A DNA stretch of 64,000 bases, from contig CM052816.1 of assembly GCA_028534125.1 (NCBI GenBank), positions 41,728,001 through 41,792,000 on the forward strand, written 5' to 3'. This DNA comes from Lama glama (lineage: Eukaryota). Below are positions 53,800-64,000 of this stretch, in pieces; positions within the stretch are counted from its first letter, which is position 1, and each line of letters starts with the position of its first letter. Below the pieces are notes generated by a model. That model was not told the origin of the DNA and searched no databases. It worked only from the letters and a program-made list of their open reading frames with translations. A program made the position numbers and the translations under genes.

Positions 53800-54430
53800 A
53801 TCTGTTTATGTATAGCAGGTATGTGATCACATTATGGTTATTTTGAAACATACTTTTTATTACTTAGCAATGTATTATGAATATCTTTCCATGCATATAT
53901 ATATATATATACACACACATACATCTATGTATATAGACATTATTTTAATAAATATATAATATTCCATTATGTGGGTATTCTATAATTGAATGAACCAATC
54001 CTCTAGAGTCAGACTTTCATATTGCTTCCAAATGTTTACCTTTACATATAATGCTATAATGAAAATACCTATGAATATTTTGTCATTCCTTATTTTTAAA
54101 AAATACATTTTAAGAATCCAGCAGTTCATACCAATTAACAGAATTCATGTCAATCTCATGTTGAGGTTGATAGTAATGGGATGACTTCTTAAATAATACC
54201 TAATTCAATAGGCAGAGCTCCGTTCAATAGCTCAGCTGGTAGAGCGGAGGACTGTAATTCAATAGGCAGATGTTATCTCCTTGTTTTAGTTTATACTCCT
54301 TTTATATTAATAAGAATTGATTTCTTTCATGTAGTTATTATGTATTTATATATTAGCATTTTTTGTAAATGATCTATTTTCATTTTTATTTTAGTGGATA
54401 TCACTTTTTAAATTAATTCTCATGAATTTT
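53800..54430 (-). mobile_element. Old L1 (L1ME-like) 3' region, host of the tRNA-derived insert
   Basis: ttacttagcaatgtattatgaatatctttccatg...tattccattatgtgg...aaccaatcc...ataatgctataatgaa. Confidence 0.7.
54217..54256 (+). pseudogene. Tailless retropseudogene: 5' half of tRNA-Tyr(GTA)
   Basis: ccgttcaatagctcagctggtagagcggaggactgta versus mammalian tRNA-Tyr CCTTCGATAGCTCAGCTGGTAGAGCGGAGGACTGTA. Box A at 54228-54239. Perfect TSD taattcaataggcaga at 54201-54216 and 54255-54270. No 3' half, B box or poly(A). Confidence 0.93.
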
Positions 54431-55019
54431 AAATTAAGTTAATTAAATTTAAAATTTAAAATTATTATTTTATTGGCTACATGATATAGACATATTTAGC
54501 ATAATGCAGAAGAGGACTTTTCTTGTTGCCTTCAAATTTCGATTATACCCTCAAAGCTGAGTATGATGGGGAAAGTACCACCAGGTTTTTAACAGAGAAA
54601 CTAGACACACCCTATACACCCTTCAGGGTCTGAGTTTTTTAGAGATTCATCACCACTAATAGTAGCCAGAGGTTAATTTTTGATTTATTAGGAGAGAATA
54701 TTTTGAAAGGGATTTGCAAGGAGTAGAGAGAACTATGTTGTTTCTCCTCCCTCTTCCAATCTTCAAGCTGAACGAACACCATACCAAGAGGGCTTGACTC
54801 ACCCTTGGAGTTTGTGGGGCAGATAATGGAAAAGGCTGGAGGCCAGAGGCTAGGTGGAGCAGACCACAAAGGCAGCGCCAGTAGAGAGGGCAGTGGGAGA
54901 GTATGGCTAGTAATCCTGAGTTTGGCAAGCTGATATGGGATGTTTCCCTAGAGCCAAATGGTAGCTGACTACAAATCATCTTGTGAGGATCTCCCCACGT
55001 CATCAATTCTGTTTTCCAG

Positions 55020-55832
55020 GTGTGCAGGTACCAAATCTTGGAGTCATTGTTGACTCCTTTCTCTGTTTTATAAACTAAAACCAATTAGCAAAACCTGTCA
55101 GCTCCGGAACCTAACCACCTCCTTCACGGTTACTCACCTCCAGTTCTAAGTGGATTCCTATTGTATGTTTACCTCCCCACCTCCTCTCAATTAATTTCAA
55201 CATAGCACCCAGATTGATTATTTTAATATTTAAATTGATAATGTTATGGCTTTTTTCAAAACCTTATTTCCAGGCTTCATATCTTAACTCAAAGTAAAAG
55301 CTGAAGTCTTAAACATGGCCTATAAAATCCTGTCATCTGGCTCTCCCATTCATTCCTTTCTGAGCTCATTTCCTACCACTTTTCCTGTTCTCATTGTGTT
55401 ACATATATGGGACTTTCTACTATACTTTTAGCTGATAAAATGTATGCATACCCCAGGGCCTTTGCACTTATACTGTTCCCTCTGCCTGGGGCATGTGTCT
55501 CCAAATATGCATATACTTCCTTCCTTGTTTTATTTTGGTGGCATCTCTGAGGTCACCTTTTCAGAAAGACTCTCCCTGGTCATCTTTTATATACTAACAT
55601 CCTCTTCAATCACCTCATATTTCTGAATTCCATTTTATTTTCTTTTAGGTACTTATCATTATGTGACATTTTTATGTGCTTATTTCTTTATTGATATTGT
55701 CCACCGTTAGAATGTAAGCCCTTGGAGAACAGGGAGTTTCTTTTGTTTTCTGTTCTATCACCATAGGCTGCTATAGATCATGATACAGGGAAGGCACTCA
55801 ATAAGTATGTGTTGAATAAATGATGAATGAAC
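55020..55832 (+). mobile_element. L2 LINE (L2a-like) 3' region
   Basis: aaatcttggagtcattgttgactcc...cagggcctttgcactta...tagaatgtaagcc...aggcactcaataagtatgtgttgaataaatgatgaatgaa. Confidence 0.9.
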
Positions 55833-56113
55833 TCAGAAGCAATGTTTGTTTAATTCAAAGATGGTCTTTCCTTTTCTTGTTGTATTACTTTTTAGTCATT
55901 TTAAGATGAATACATTTCCATTCTCAAGAGACCTATAAATAATAAGTAGGTATTCTCATGGTTAGAATAACTGGTATATGTGTAACATTTGACTATATGG
56001 CAGCTGTATTTATTAACCTCAACTTAATGCTTTAGTTATCATTTACCATGTAACATGATTTTGTACCCTGCTACAGTGTATTATTGCAATTTGATAAAAA
56101 TTGCTTGTAAAGA

Positions 56114-56576
56114 GGTATCACTTTTCTATTTCTGCTGTAACAAATTATCATAAATGTACTGGCTTTAAAGAATACAAATTGATTGTCTTACAGTTTTGGA
56201 GGCCAGATATCTGACACAGGTCTCACCAGGCTAAGATCATGGAGTTAGAGGGCTGGTTCCTTCTGGAGACTCTAGAGTAGAATCTGTTTCCTTGCCTTTC
56301 CAGCTTCTAGTGACTGCCTGCCTTCCTTGGTCCATAATGCCATTTCACCATCTTCAAATCCAGTGAAGGCATGTCTGATCCAGCCAGGAAAAATTCTTCA
56401 CTTTTAAAGATCATTGTGATTAGATTAGGTCCACCCAGATAATCTCCCCAGTCTCCAGCTCCATAGCCTTAATCACATCTGCAAAGTCTCTTTTGCCATA
56501 TAAGGTAACAGATTCACAACTTAGGGTGTGGGTATCTTGAGGAGTAGAGGCCTCATCCATTCTCATCATTTCCACA
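56114..56576 (-). mobile_element. MaLR solo LTR (MLT1C/D-like)
   Basis: ctgctgtaacaaattatcataaa...cttacagttttggaggccaga...ccttgcctttccagcttctag...taatcacatctgcaaagtc...ccaca. Confidence 0.9.
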
Positions 56577-57459
56577 GAAGGAAAGAAAACACTTATCTTT
56601 CATGCTTGTCCCTGCTGACCTCTAAGACTAACGTCTTGTTTCTCTCCTTTCAAAACAACTTTCTTAAAAGTATGATCGCTATCTGTTCCTTCCACTTTTC
56701 ATTTTACCCCTACTCTTTGATCTCTTGTAATTAATATAAATTCAGATTCCACCAACATACTGAAAATGTTCTCTCCAAGCCCAACATGGACCACCTAATC
56801 ACCAAACTTGTTGATCTTTTTGCTTTGTGTGTCAGAATGTGCCTGAAAACCTAGTAGGAAGATACGTAGTTCCCACAACAATCAGGAAGGATAGAGGCAT
56901 ATGGCCTAAGTCAGAATATAGACCCCAGCTGCTACTCCTTGTCAGATATAATTTGCCTCCTGGCCTCATAATGACCTACTCTCCCTCTCATGTAAAATGT
57001 GGCTTACTTTCCTGTCATTCATTCACTCCTTTTCCCAGGATTTGGAATTCTCCAGCTTCACAATCTTCCTCCTGAAATTTGTCTTTTCTTGCACCACGTT
57101 TTCTCTGTTGACAGGCACCCATCTTTCTAACTGCTTTAATATAAAAACCTCAGCCCCCTGGTCTTCCTGTTTTAGGCTCCTAAACCAGGTGCCCTTTTTC
57201 TGTGGTGAATGATTCTGAGGACAACAGCTTTTCCTAAAGTTACTTAAATGCCCCCCTTGTTAGCTGATCACTCTCTTCATTCACTCTTACCATCGCTGAG
57301 TGCCTTGAACAAAACCATAGCTGTGAGGCACTGCTCTGAAGAGACTTGCTCCTACTGGACAGTTTTGGATGCTGGCCCAGCTCTGAGTAAGGGTGACCTC
57401 TGGTGGACGCGACTCATTCTTTTCTTTTGTAAACATTATTGTAGTTTTTGCTGTGTGTA

Positions 57460-58196
57460 TTTTAATTGTGGTAAAGTATACATAACAAAATTTACCTTCT
57501 TAACCATTTTTAAGAGTATTGTTCAGTAGTGTTAAATACATTTACATTGTTGAGCAACCAATCTCCAGAACTCTTTTCATCATGTAAATTGAAACTCTAT
57601 ACCCATTAAATAGAAACTCTCCATTCTCCTCTCCCTCCAGCTCCTGGAAACTGCCATTCTACTTTCTGTCTCGATGAATTTGACTATTCTAGGTACCTCA
57701 TATATGCTGAATCCTGCAGTATTTGTCTTTTTGTGTGTGTGATTGGCTTATTTCACTTAGCATGATGTTCTAAATTTTTTTTTATGTTGTAGCATGTGTC
57801 AGAATTTCTTTTCTTTTTAAGGCTAAATAGTAGTCAGTGATATGTGTATATCACATTTTCTTTATCTCTTCACCTGTTGATAGACATTTGGGTTGCTTCT
57901 ACCTTTTGGATATTGTGAATAATGCTTCTGTGAACGTGGAGTACATATATCTCTTTGAGACCCTGCTTTCAATTCTTTTGTGTATATACCTAGAAGTGGA
58001 ATTGTTCAATCATATGGTTATTCTGTTTTTAATTTTTTGAGGAACTGCCACACTATATTCCATAATGGCAGCACCATTTTACATTCCCACTAACAGTGCA
58101 CAGGGGTCCCAATTTCTCCACATCCTCACCAACATTGACTATTTTCGATAGTAGTCTTTTTAATAAATGTAAGGTGATACCTCATTGTGGTTTTGT
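57460..58196 (-). mobile_element. L1MB3/4-like 3' end
   Basis: tttaattgtggtaaagtatacataacaaaatttaccttcttaaccatttttaag...gaggaactgccac...ctcattgtggttttg. Confidence 0.92.
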
Positions 58197-58224
58197 TGTT
58201 GCTCTGTTTTTCACTGTGTTGCCA

Positions 58225-58445
58225 TTGTTTATTGATCACTGACCATGCGATAGGTACTGTGTAAGGTGCTTTACCTAAACTGGCTTATTTACTCCTCACT
58301 ACAATCCTATGACTGAGGTACTGTTTACCCCAGCTTTCTGTTGAGGAAATGGAGGCTCAGAGCATTTAAATGATTTTCCTGGGATATGAGGTGGTAGAAC
58401 AGGGATTTGAACCTGGGTCTGTTTGTCTGAGGAGCATACTTTGAA
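58225..58445 (-). mobile_element. MIR SINE
   Basis: tttattgatcactgacc...tgaggaaatggaggctcagag...gggatttgaacctgggtctg. Confidence 0.85.
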
Positions 58446-58919
58446 TGGTGATGCTCCCTTAGGTCTGTGTACCTGGTTTGTTTTAGGTTTCTTTTGCATT
58501 CTGTTTTAAAGTTATTGAAATCATCCCTACTTTTTATTCCTGTCACTAGGAACTCTGTTCATTGATCCTAAAACTAACACACTGATGATAAGGGGGCAAA
58601 TTCCCAGAATTTTGTGGACCAACACCTTTGTGTTCTGTTGCTCCTCATCACTCATTGAACACATACGCCTGTACGATGTGCTAGTTCTGGTGCTGAGAAC
58701 ACAGCAGAATAGACAGAATAGCTAATTGCTTTCATGAACTTTTCCTTCCCAACTTTATTGAGATATGTTAACAAATAAAGATTGTATATATTTAGGGCGT
58801 ACAACGTGATGTTTTGATATTGACTACCCTTTAAAATTAGTTGACAAATCTATCCCTAACTGCCTAAGTTTAGAGTCAGTCTAAGTCTGAACTGTTGGAA
58901 CACACATTACATGTATTAT

Positions 58920-59050
58920 ATTATTGCTTTGCTATTTCATCTATTAGGGGCTATAAGTACCTTGAAGGCAAGGGGTTTGCTTAGACTTCTTCCTATCTCC
59001 TGTAACATCAAGAAGAGGCTGTTATTAATAATAGGTAATCAGTGAATATT
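58920..59050 (+). mobile_element. L2 3' end fragment
   Basis: ctataagtaccttgaaggcaagggg...ataggtaatcagtgaatattt. Confidence 0.6.
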
Positions 59051-60079
59051 TAAATTACAAATAACAATATGATCTACTGGTATTATTAAATCTGCATATA
59101 AAAAATAATTTTAGATCAGTGGACTTGACTTTCCCCAATACTGATTTGCATTACAAAATAATCATGTATTAATTACAAGTATAAATTTTTAATTATAAAT
59201 ATTATTAAAATATATATTTATATATTTTACTTATTTAACATAAAAACATTATTTAAAAAATTGAGCAACATTGAGATTTTTTATATTTGCTTTGGAATAT
59301 ATGTGTTTTGAGAAAGAGAAAAAGAGGATTTTCTTTTAGTTAATCTACCTATGTGCATTTTTATTACATATATATCAAAAACTTTAGGAGATAAAAACCT
59401 CATTTTATTGGCTGAAAAAACTTTTACATTGAGTTTGGTTAGCAGAAATAAATATGCAAAGTTTACAAACTTTTTAGACAATTTCTCCAAGAAAACTTAC
59501 CATGCTTTGATACTTCAACCTGATTGATTAAAAACATGTATTTTTAAAGTTTTTTTTTTTTATCACAGTCTTTACTACTTTCAGCTTAATCTTAGCAGTT
59601 TGGGTATATAAAAATGGGTTTCCTTTCCTCTTAGGCATAGAACTCTAAATACAATTGCCTTCAAGGCAATTCCCTTTTCTTTAAAGAGTAAATACCACCT
59701 CTACTATCGAACAGACTGAAGTGTGAAATGTAATCATCAACAAGCCTCATTTCGTATTCCCATGCCTTTGAATCTATAAGAATATTACCTTACATCTGTT
59801 ACCAGTGTGCCACAGAGGATGTACTTTTATTAGCATTCCTTGTTCCGAAGAAGACTTTCACTGTGGTCTGAGCATGTTTTTTCTAAATTGTCCTTGGGTC
59901 TGTGAATCTCAGCATGGATGTAGAATTGAGCCTCCTTTATAGTATGAGAGGCAGTTCAGCTGAGTGCTCTGCAATTCTGACTGCCGTCCAGATGAGAAGA
60001 GGCTTTGTGTTCATGATTTTAAGGTGCCAAGGGCTGAAAGGGGATGATGCCAGCAATGCACCTTACCTGACTTGCACAT

Positions 60080-60385
60080 TTAGAGGTGTTCAGAGCCAGG
60101 GCATGGAGGAAGCACCATTGGTCTTTGTTGATAAATCAGTCCTGAATTCGATTGGGTGTTTTTGCTGGTTTTCAGAATAGATTTTACAACATGCTCTTTT
60201 CGGTCAGAGAGTGAAGAGACTGCCTGTTGTTTGTTGCCACGAGATGCTGAAGGAACAGGCAATCTCCAGGATAACTGGACGCAACGCAGCACACTCACTC
60301 TGCTCTCTTCATCATGGTGTGCTTGCAGAAGCCCAGTGCACCGGTTATTGCTTCCAAGACCTCCTTCCCTCTCTTTATTGATTAT
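60080..60385 (-). CDS. Candidate spliced exon with a 101-codon open frame, product not identified (could be non-coding)
   Basis: Pyrimidine-rich acceptor tttattctcttatttgttcattatatgtttcatag. Phase-0 frame IINKEREGG...VKSILKTS...PPCPGSEHL* is open while the other two frames stop at once. Donors AGA|gtgagt (after 60299) and CAG|gtaagg (after 60067). No repeat similarity recognised. Confidence 0.35.
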   Translation of the reverse strand: MINKEREGGLGSNNRCTGLLQAHHDEESRVSVLRCVQLSWRLPVPSASRGNKQQAVSSLSDRKEHVVKSILKTSKNTQSNSGLIYQQRPMVLPPCPGSEHL

Positions 60386-60744
60386 CTATGAAACATATAA
60401 TGAACAAATAAGAGAATAAACACATGGGTATAAAGAAATATTTGTTTCATAATCAAATAGTTTGTGCAAGATTGAATCACTGACCTTTTGACCACCACAT
60501 TAAACAACTTGTAGTACAAGCAATTGGAGGGACATTTTCATGTTGAAGGTGAATTTTTAAGAATAGAGGGAAAAGAACAGGTATCAGTGAAGCACAAAGG
60601 GTGTTCTTAGTGTTACTTAATCTTAACAGGGATCAAGATCTGAGAAAAGTCTAACAAAATTGTTCAGTGTTGTAGGGGGCATCATAGACGTCCAATCTTG
60701 TGATTCTCAAGCTTGATTGCACATTTAAAATTATGTAGGCATTT

Positions 60745-61400
60745 TTCATTTTAATTTTTTATTGAAATGCAGTGAATAATAAGTCATTTTGAAGTATAAG
60801 GTACAAACCATGAGTGTTCAGCACAATTACTTTTCTCAGGGTGAATATACCCATGGCACATGGTAACCAATAACATATTGAGAAATGAAACATTCTTAGC
60901 TATCAGAAGCCCACATGTTCTTAGTCATTACGTCCCTGTAGAAGGGAACCCTGTCCTGACTTTGAATACTGTAAAATCTTTTTCCTTATTTTTTTTTAAT
61001 TTACATCCATGGAGTAATAGTGTATTATACTCTTCCTTGTCTGTCTTTTTTTTTCCCTTTATTATTCTGCTCAGCACTGTTTGTGAGAGTCTGCAAGTAG
61101 CAGCAATGTATTTGCACTTGTTGTTGCCTAATGCTCCATTTGTGAATATGCCACAATTTATTCTACTATTGATGGACATTTGGATTGGTTACAGTTTTTG
61201 GCTAGTGCAGATAGTGTAGCCATAAATATGGCTTTAAGAATATTTGGGGGAATACATGTAAATATTTTGTTGGGTGTGTACCCCAAAAGGGAATTGCTGG
61301 ACCATGGTATATGTTTGGTTTAGCATATACAACCACTTATTTTCCTAAATAGTTCTACCAATCTATACTCAGCTTCTATTTGCTCCACATTCTTACCCAT
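60745..61400 (-). mobile_element. Old L1 (L1MC/ME-like) 3' end nested in a MER5A-type element (about 60700-60745 and 61410-61555)
   Basis: ttttattgaaatg...ccattt gtgaatatgccacaatttatt...gatggacatttgg...ggaattgctgg. Flanks tgattctcaagcttgattgcacatt and aaatcagag...tgtatttttaaaaatctccccagatg are MER5A halves. Confidence 0.8.
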
Positions 61401-61564
61401 CTAGGAACTTAAAAAAAAAAAAATGTCAATACCCAAAGGTCCACCTGGGTTCCACCAAGAAGAATTAAATCAGAGTTCCTGGGGCTAAGACCCAAGAACT
61501 TGTATTTTTAAAAATCTCCCCAGATGGCACTAGTGTGCATCAGAAAAGAGACCAAAAATCAGCA

Positions 61565-61680
61565 CTATTTAGATGGGGTAACTGGGGTATGAAGGGATGA
61601 AATGCTTTGGCCCAGGTCACCAGTGAGAGGCCCAGGGCTAGATGCCAAGTCTGCTGCCTCCTGTTCCAGACTTTCTCCTC
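61565..61680 (-). mobile_element. MIR fragment
   Basis: tttagatggggtaactgggg...ttggcccaggtcacc. Confidence 0.6.
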
Positions 61681-61779
61681 ACAAACAGTCTCATTTGGAG
61701 GTACTTCCTCACTATTTCAATCTCATACTGTGAAAGTGAAGCAGTTTTTCAGGTTTTGTGAGATAGGTAAAGCAGATAT

Positions 61780-61948
61780 GTGGGATTGGCTACATAATTT
61801 ATGGAATCCAGTGCAAAGTGAAAATGCAAGACTACTTGTTTAAAAATAATTAAGAATTTCAAGACCATGACAGCAGAGCATTCAACCAAGCATGTGGCCC
61901 TACTGAGAGTGGGGCCTGTGCGATTGCACACCCATGAAGCTGGCCCTG
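61780..61948 (-). mobile_element. MER45A (hAT-Tip100) DNA transposon
   Basis: Minus strand cagggccagcttcatggg...aatgctctgctgtc...tcttgaaattcttaat...cattttcactttgcactgg...aaattatgtagcc. Confidence 0.88.
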
Positions 61949-63030
61949 CAGATGTTATCATTTGCAAGTTAAAGATTAAAAGCAACTTAATAAGGGGTCA
62001 AATTAAGAGTAGAGACTGATCTGATGATGCCTGCTTTGCCTTTCTGGCCTAGAGGGTGGGCATATCCCTTTTCTGTAGAATTTTCTAAGATAAAGTGAGT
62101 AAAAGTGATATAGACCACTACAAAAAACTTACAGAGGGAGCACATTTTTAAAAATATGGTATCATTTTGCAAAAGGAATAAAGAATATATTTTGGGAAAA
62201 CAAAATCCAATTAATTGCCTTTAAAGCTGCCACCTGGGCTCCTTGCCTTCACTCTTTGTGGACATCCCTGCTCTATTTTCTGAGACATTTGGCTAAGAAT
62301 TTCTATCCTGATGTTTGGAACCTCCCAATAGATACCTTCATAAGCTGTGTGTTGGGGGTGGTAGAAGAAATAGATGGAAATGTCTACTCTTCTTATTGCG
62401 GTAAAATCTTCTAGTAACAAATGGAACTGTGACAGATATCAAATGAGCATAGAGTTGGAAAAATATTGTAAAAAGGACTAATTCTCAACTCTAGGTGTTG
62501 TATGACAAAGTAAGGATAATTAAAAACCTACCCCCACCATCTCCAGGTAATCTGTAACCCCTGCCTTCTCCCCAAATTATTCTCATAGGTTATTCCATGA
62601 CCAGCTTCAAAAGTAGAGACTACAGTTGTAATCCATGAGCTTCATTATCAGATATCTAGTTATATGGGTGTAATTTCTGTTCAGTTCTGGTCCTAATGAA
62701 GTTTCTCTTTGCCTCTTTTTAGTTGTTTAGGGATGTTTGTGGAGTAGCAAGGAGTAATATGTAACTGATACCTTTTTCCTTAAAGTGTTCTATGTTTTTA
62801 TGAATGGCTTTGGCTGAATTAGTCTGCCTCCTGAAGACAGGCAAGACCATTTCTGACTTGTGCTCCTCTCCCACACCCAGACCGTTGTAGCGTTTCCATT
62901 CCACAAGAGTGAGAACTCGGGGGTCGGAACTCAGAACTGAAGCCCAAGTCACCAGACAATTGAGTTAAAGTGCCTATTGCCTTAAAAAAAATCTTTTATC
63001 CTCCTTTACCTCTTCACAGTTAAATGGTGA

Positions 63031-64000
63031 TGTTATGATCTGAATTGTGCCCACCCTCATCCCAAGTGCCTACATTGAGGTCCTAACCCCTAGCACCTCA
63101 GAAGGTAACTAGAGTCGTCTTTCCTTATCCCCAGTTTCTCTTACAGGGTTTCAGTTAGCCACTGTCAACTGGGGTCTGAAAATATTCAATGGAAAATTCC
63201 AGAAATAAACAGTTAATATGTTTTAAATTGTGCAAAGTTCTGAGTAGCCGGATGAAGTCTCATGCAGTCTCACTCTGTCCCTCAGGGATGTGAATCACTT
63301 GTCCAGCATGTCCTGCATCTCCTGTTAGTCACTTAGCTGCAGTCTTGGTTATCAGATGACCACTGTGTATCACAGCACTTGTGTTCAAGAAACCCTTATT
63401 TTACTTACAGTGGCCCCAAAGCACAAGAGTAGTGATGCTGGCAATTTGGATATGTCAAAAAGAAGCCATAAATGCTTCCCGAAGTGGAAAACGTGAAAGT
63501 ATTTGAGTTAAAAGAAGGAAAAAAAATTGCTGAGGTTGCTAAGCTCTATGGTAAGGACCAATATTCTTTCTATGAAATTATGAAGAAAGAAAAAGGAAAT
63601 CATGCTTGTTTTGCTGTCACACCTCAAACTGCAAGAGTTATGACCATTTATAAGTGCTTAGTTAAGATGGAAAAGGCGTTAAGTTTAAATTTGTACAATA
63701 AGATATTTTGAGAGAGAGAACACATTCACATAAGTTTTATTATAGTACATTTTATAATTGTTCTATTTTATTATTAGTTGCTGTTAATCTCTTACTGTGC
63801 GTAATTAGTAAATTAAACTTTATCACGGGTGTGTGTGTATAGGAAAAGACACAGCATATATAGCATTTGGTATCTGTGATTTTGGGCAATCCACTGGGGG
63901 TCTTGGAATGTTTCACCTACTGTTAAGAGGGAATTATTATATATTTGGCAATTGGGCCTTTAAAGAGATAATTCAGATGAAGTGAGGGCATTAGAGTGGG
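63031..64000 (+). mobile_element. MLT1B-like MaLR LTR (63031-63111, resuming about 63940 to the window end)
   Basis: tgttatgatctgaattgtgccc...ttgaggtcctaaccc...ctcagaaggtaacta, then tatttggcaattgggcctttaaagagataatt. Confidence 0.85.
63112..63939 (+). mobile_element. MER44/Tigger7-derived DNA transposon with transposase N-terminal remnant
   Basis: Terminal inverted repeat (TIR)-like ends flanked by TA; ggtctgaaaatattcaatggaaaattccagaaataaac. ORF 63472-63711 (KKIAEVAKLYGK...LVKMEKAL) resembles the CENP-B-type HTH of pogo/Tigger transposases. Confidence 0.9.

Noticed and set aside
54217..54290. Functional tRNA-Tyr gene
   Set aside because: No 3' anticodon stem, T arm/B box or acceptor-stem partner follows; the sequence reverts to the TSD
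1..64000. CRISPR array, operon, CpG-island promoter or other novel multi-gene system
   Set aside because: Mammalian repeat-rich DNA with no regularly spaced repeat-spacer array, no long intact ORFs and no CpG island

Overview
AT-rich placental-mammal DNA, almost entirely intronic or intergenic in character, with no protein-coding gene I can name. The youngest L1 3' ends resemble camelid L1 as I recall it, and I see no young tRNA-derived SINEs, so the source is probably alpaca, llama or camel (inference). Much of the window is recognisable interspersed repeat: L1 of several ages, L2, MIR, CR1/L3, MaLR/ERV LTRs, and hAT and Tigger DNA transposons, many of them nested. There is one 500-N gap at 22003-22502. 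Most ORFs in the supplied track are chance ORFs or repeat remnants. The most notable observations are: (1) a tailless 5'-half tRNA-Tyr retroposed copy with a perfect 16-bp target-site duplication (54201-54270); (2) a repeat-free minus-strand exon candidate with a 101-codon frame (60067-60385); (3) a probable ancient L1 3' transduction (33001-33627); (4) a CR1 reverse-transcriptase fossil that can still be read (about 50-285); (5) a fold-back duplication inside MER82. I found no convincing new multi-gene system. Repeat subfamily names come from recalled consensus sequences and need RepeatMasker/Dfam confirmation. Boundaries of old repeats are approximate.
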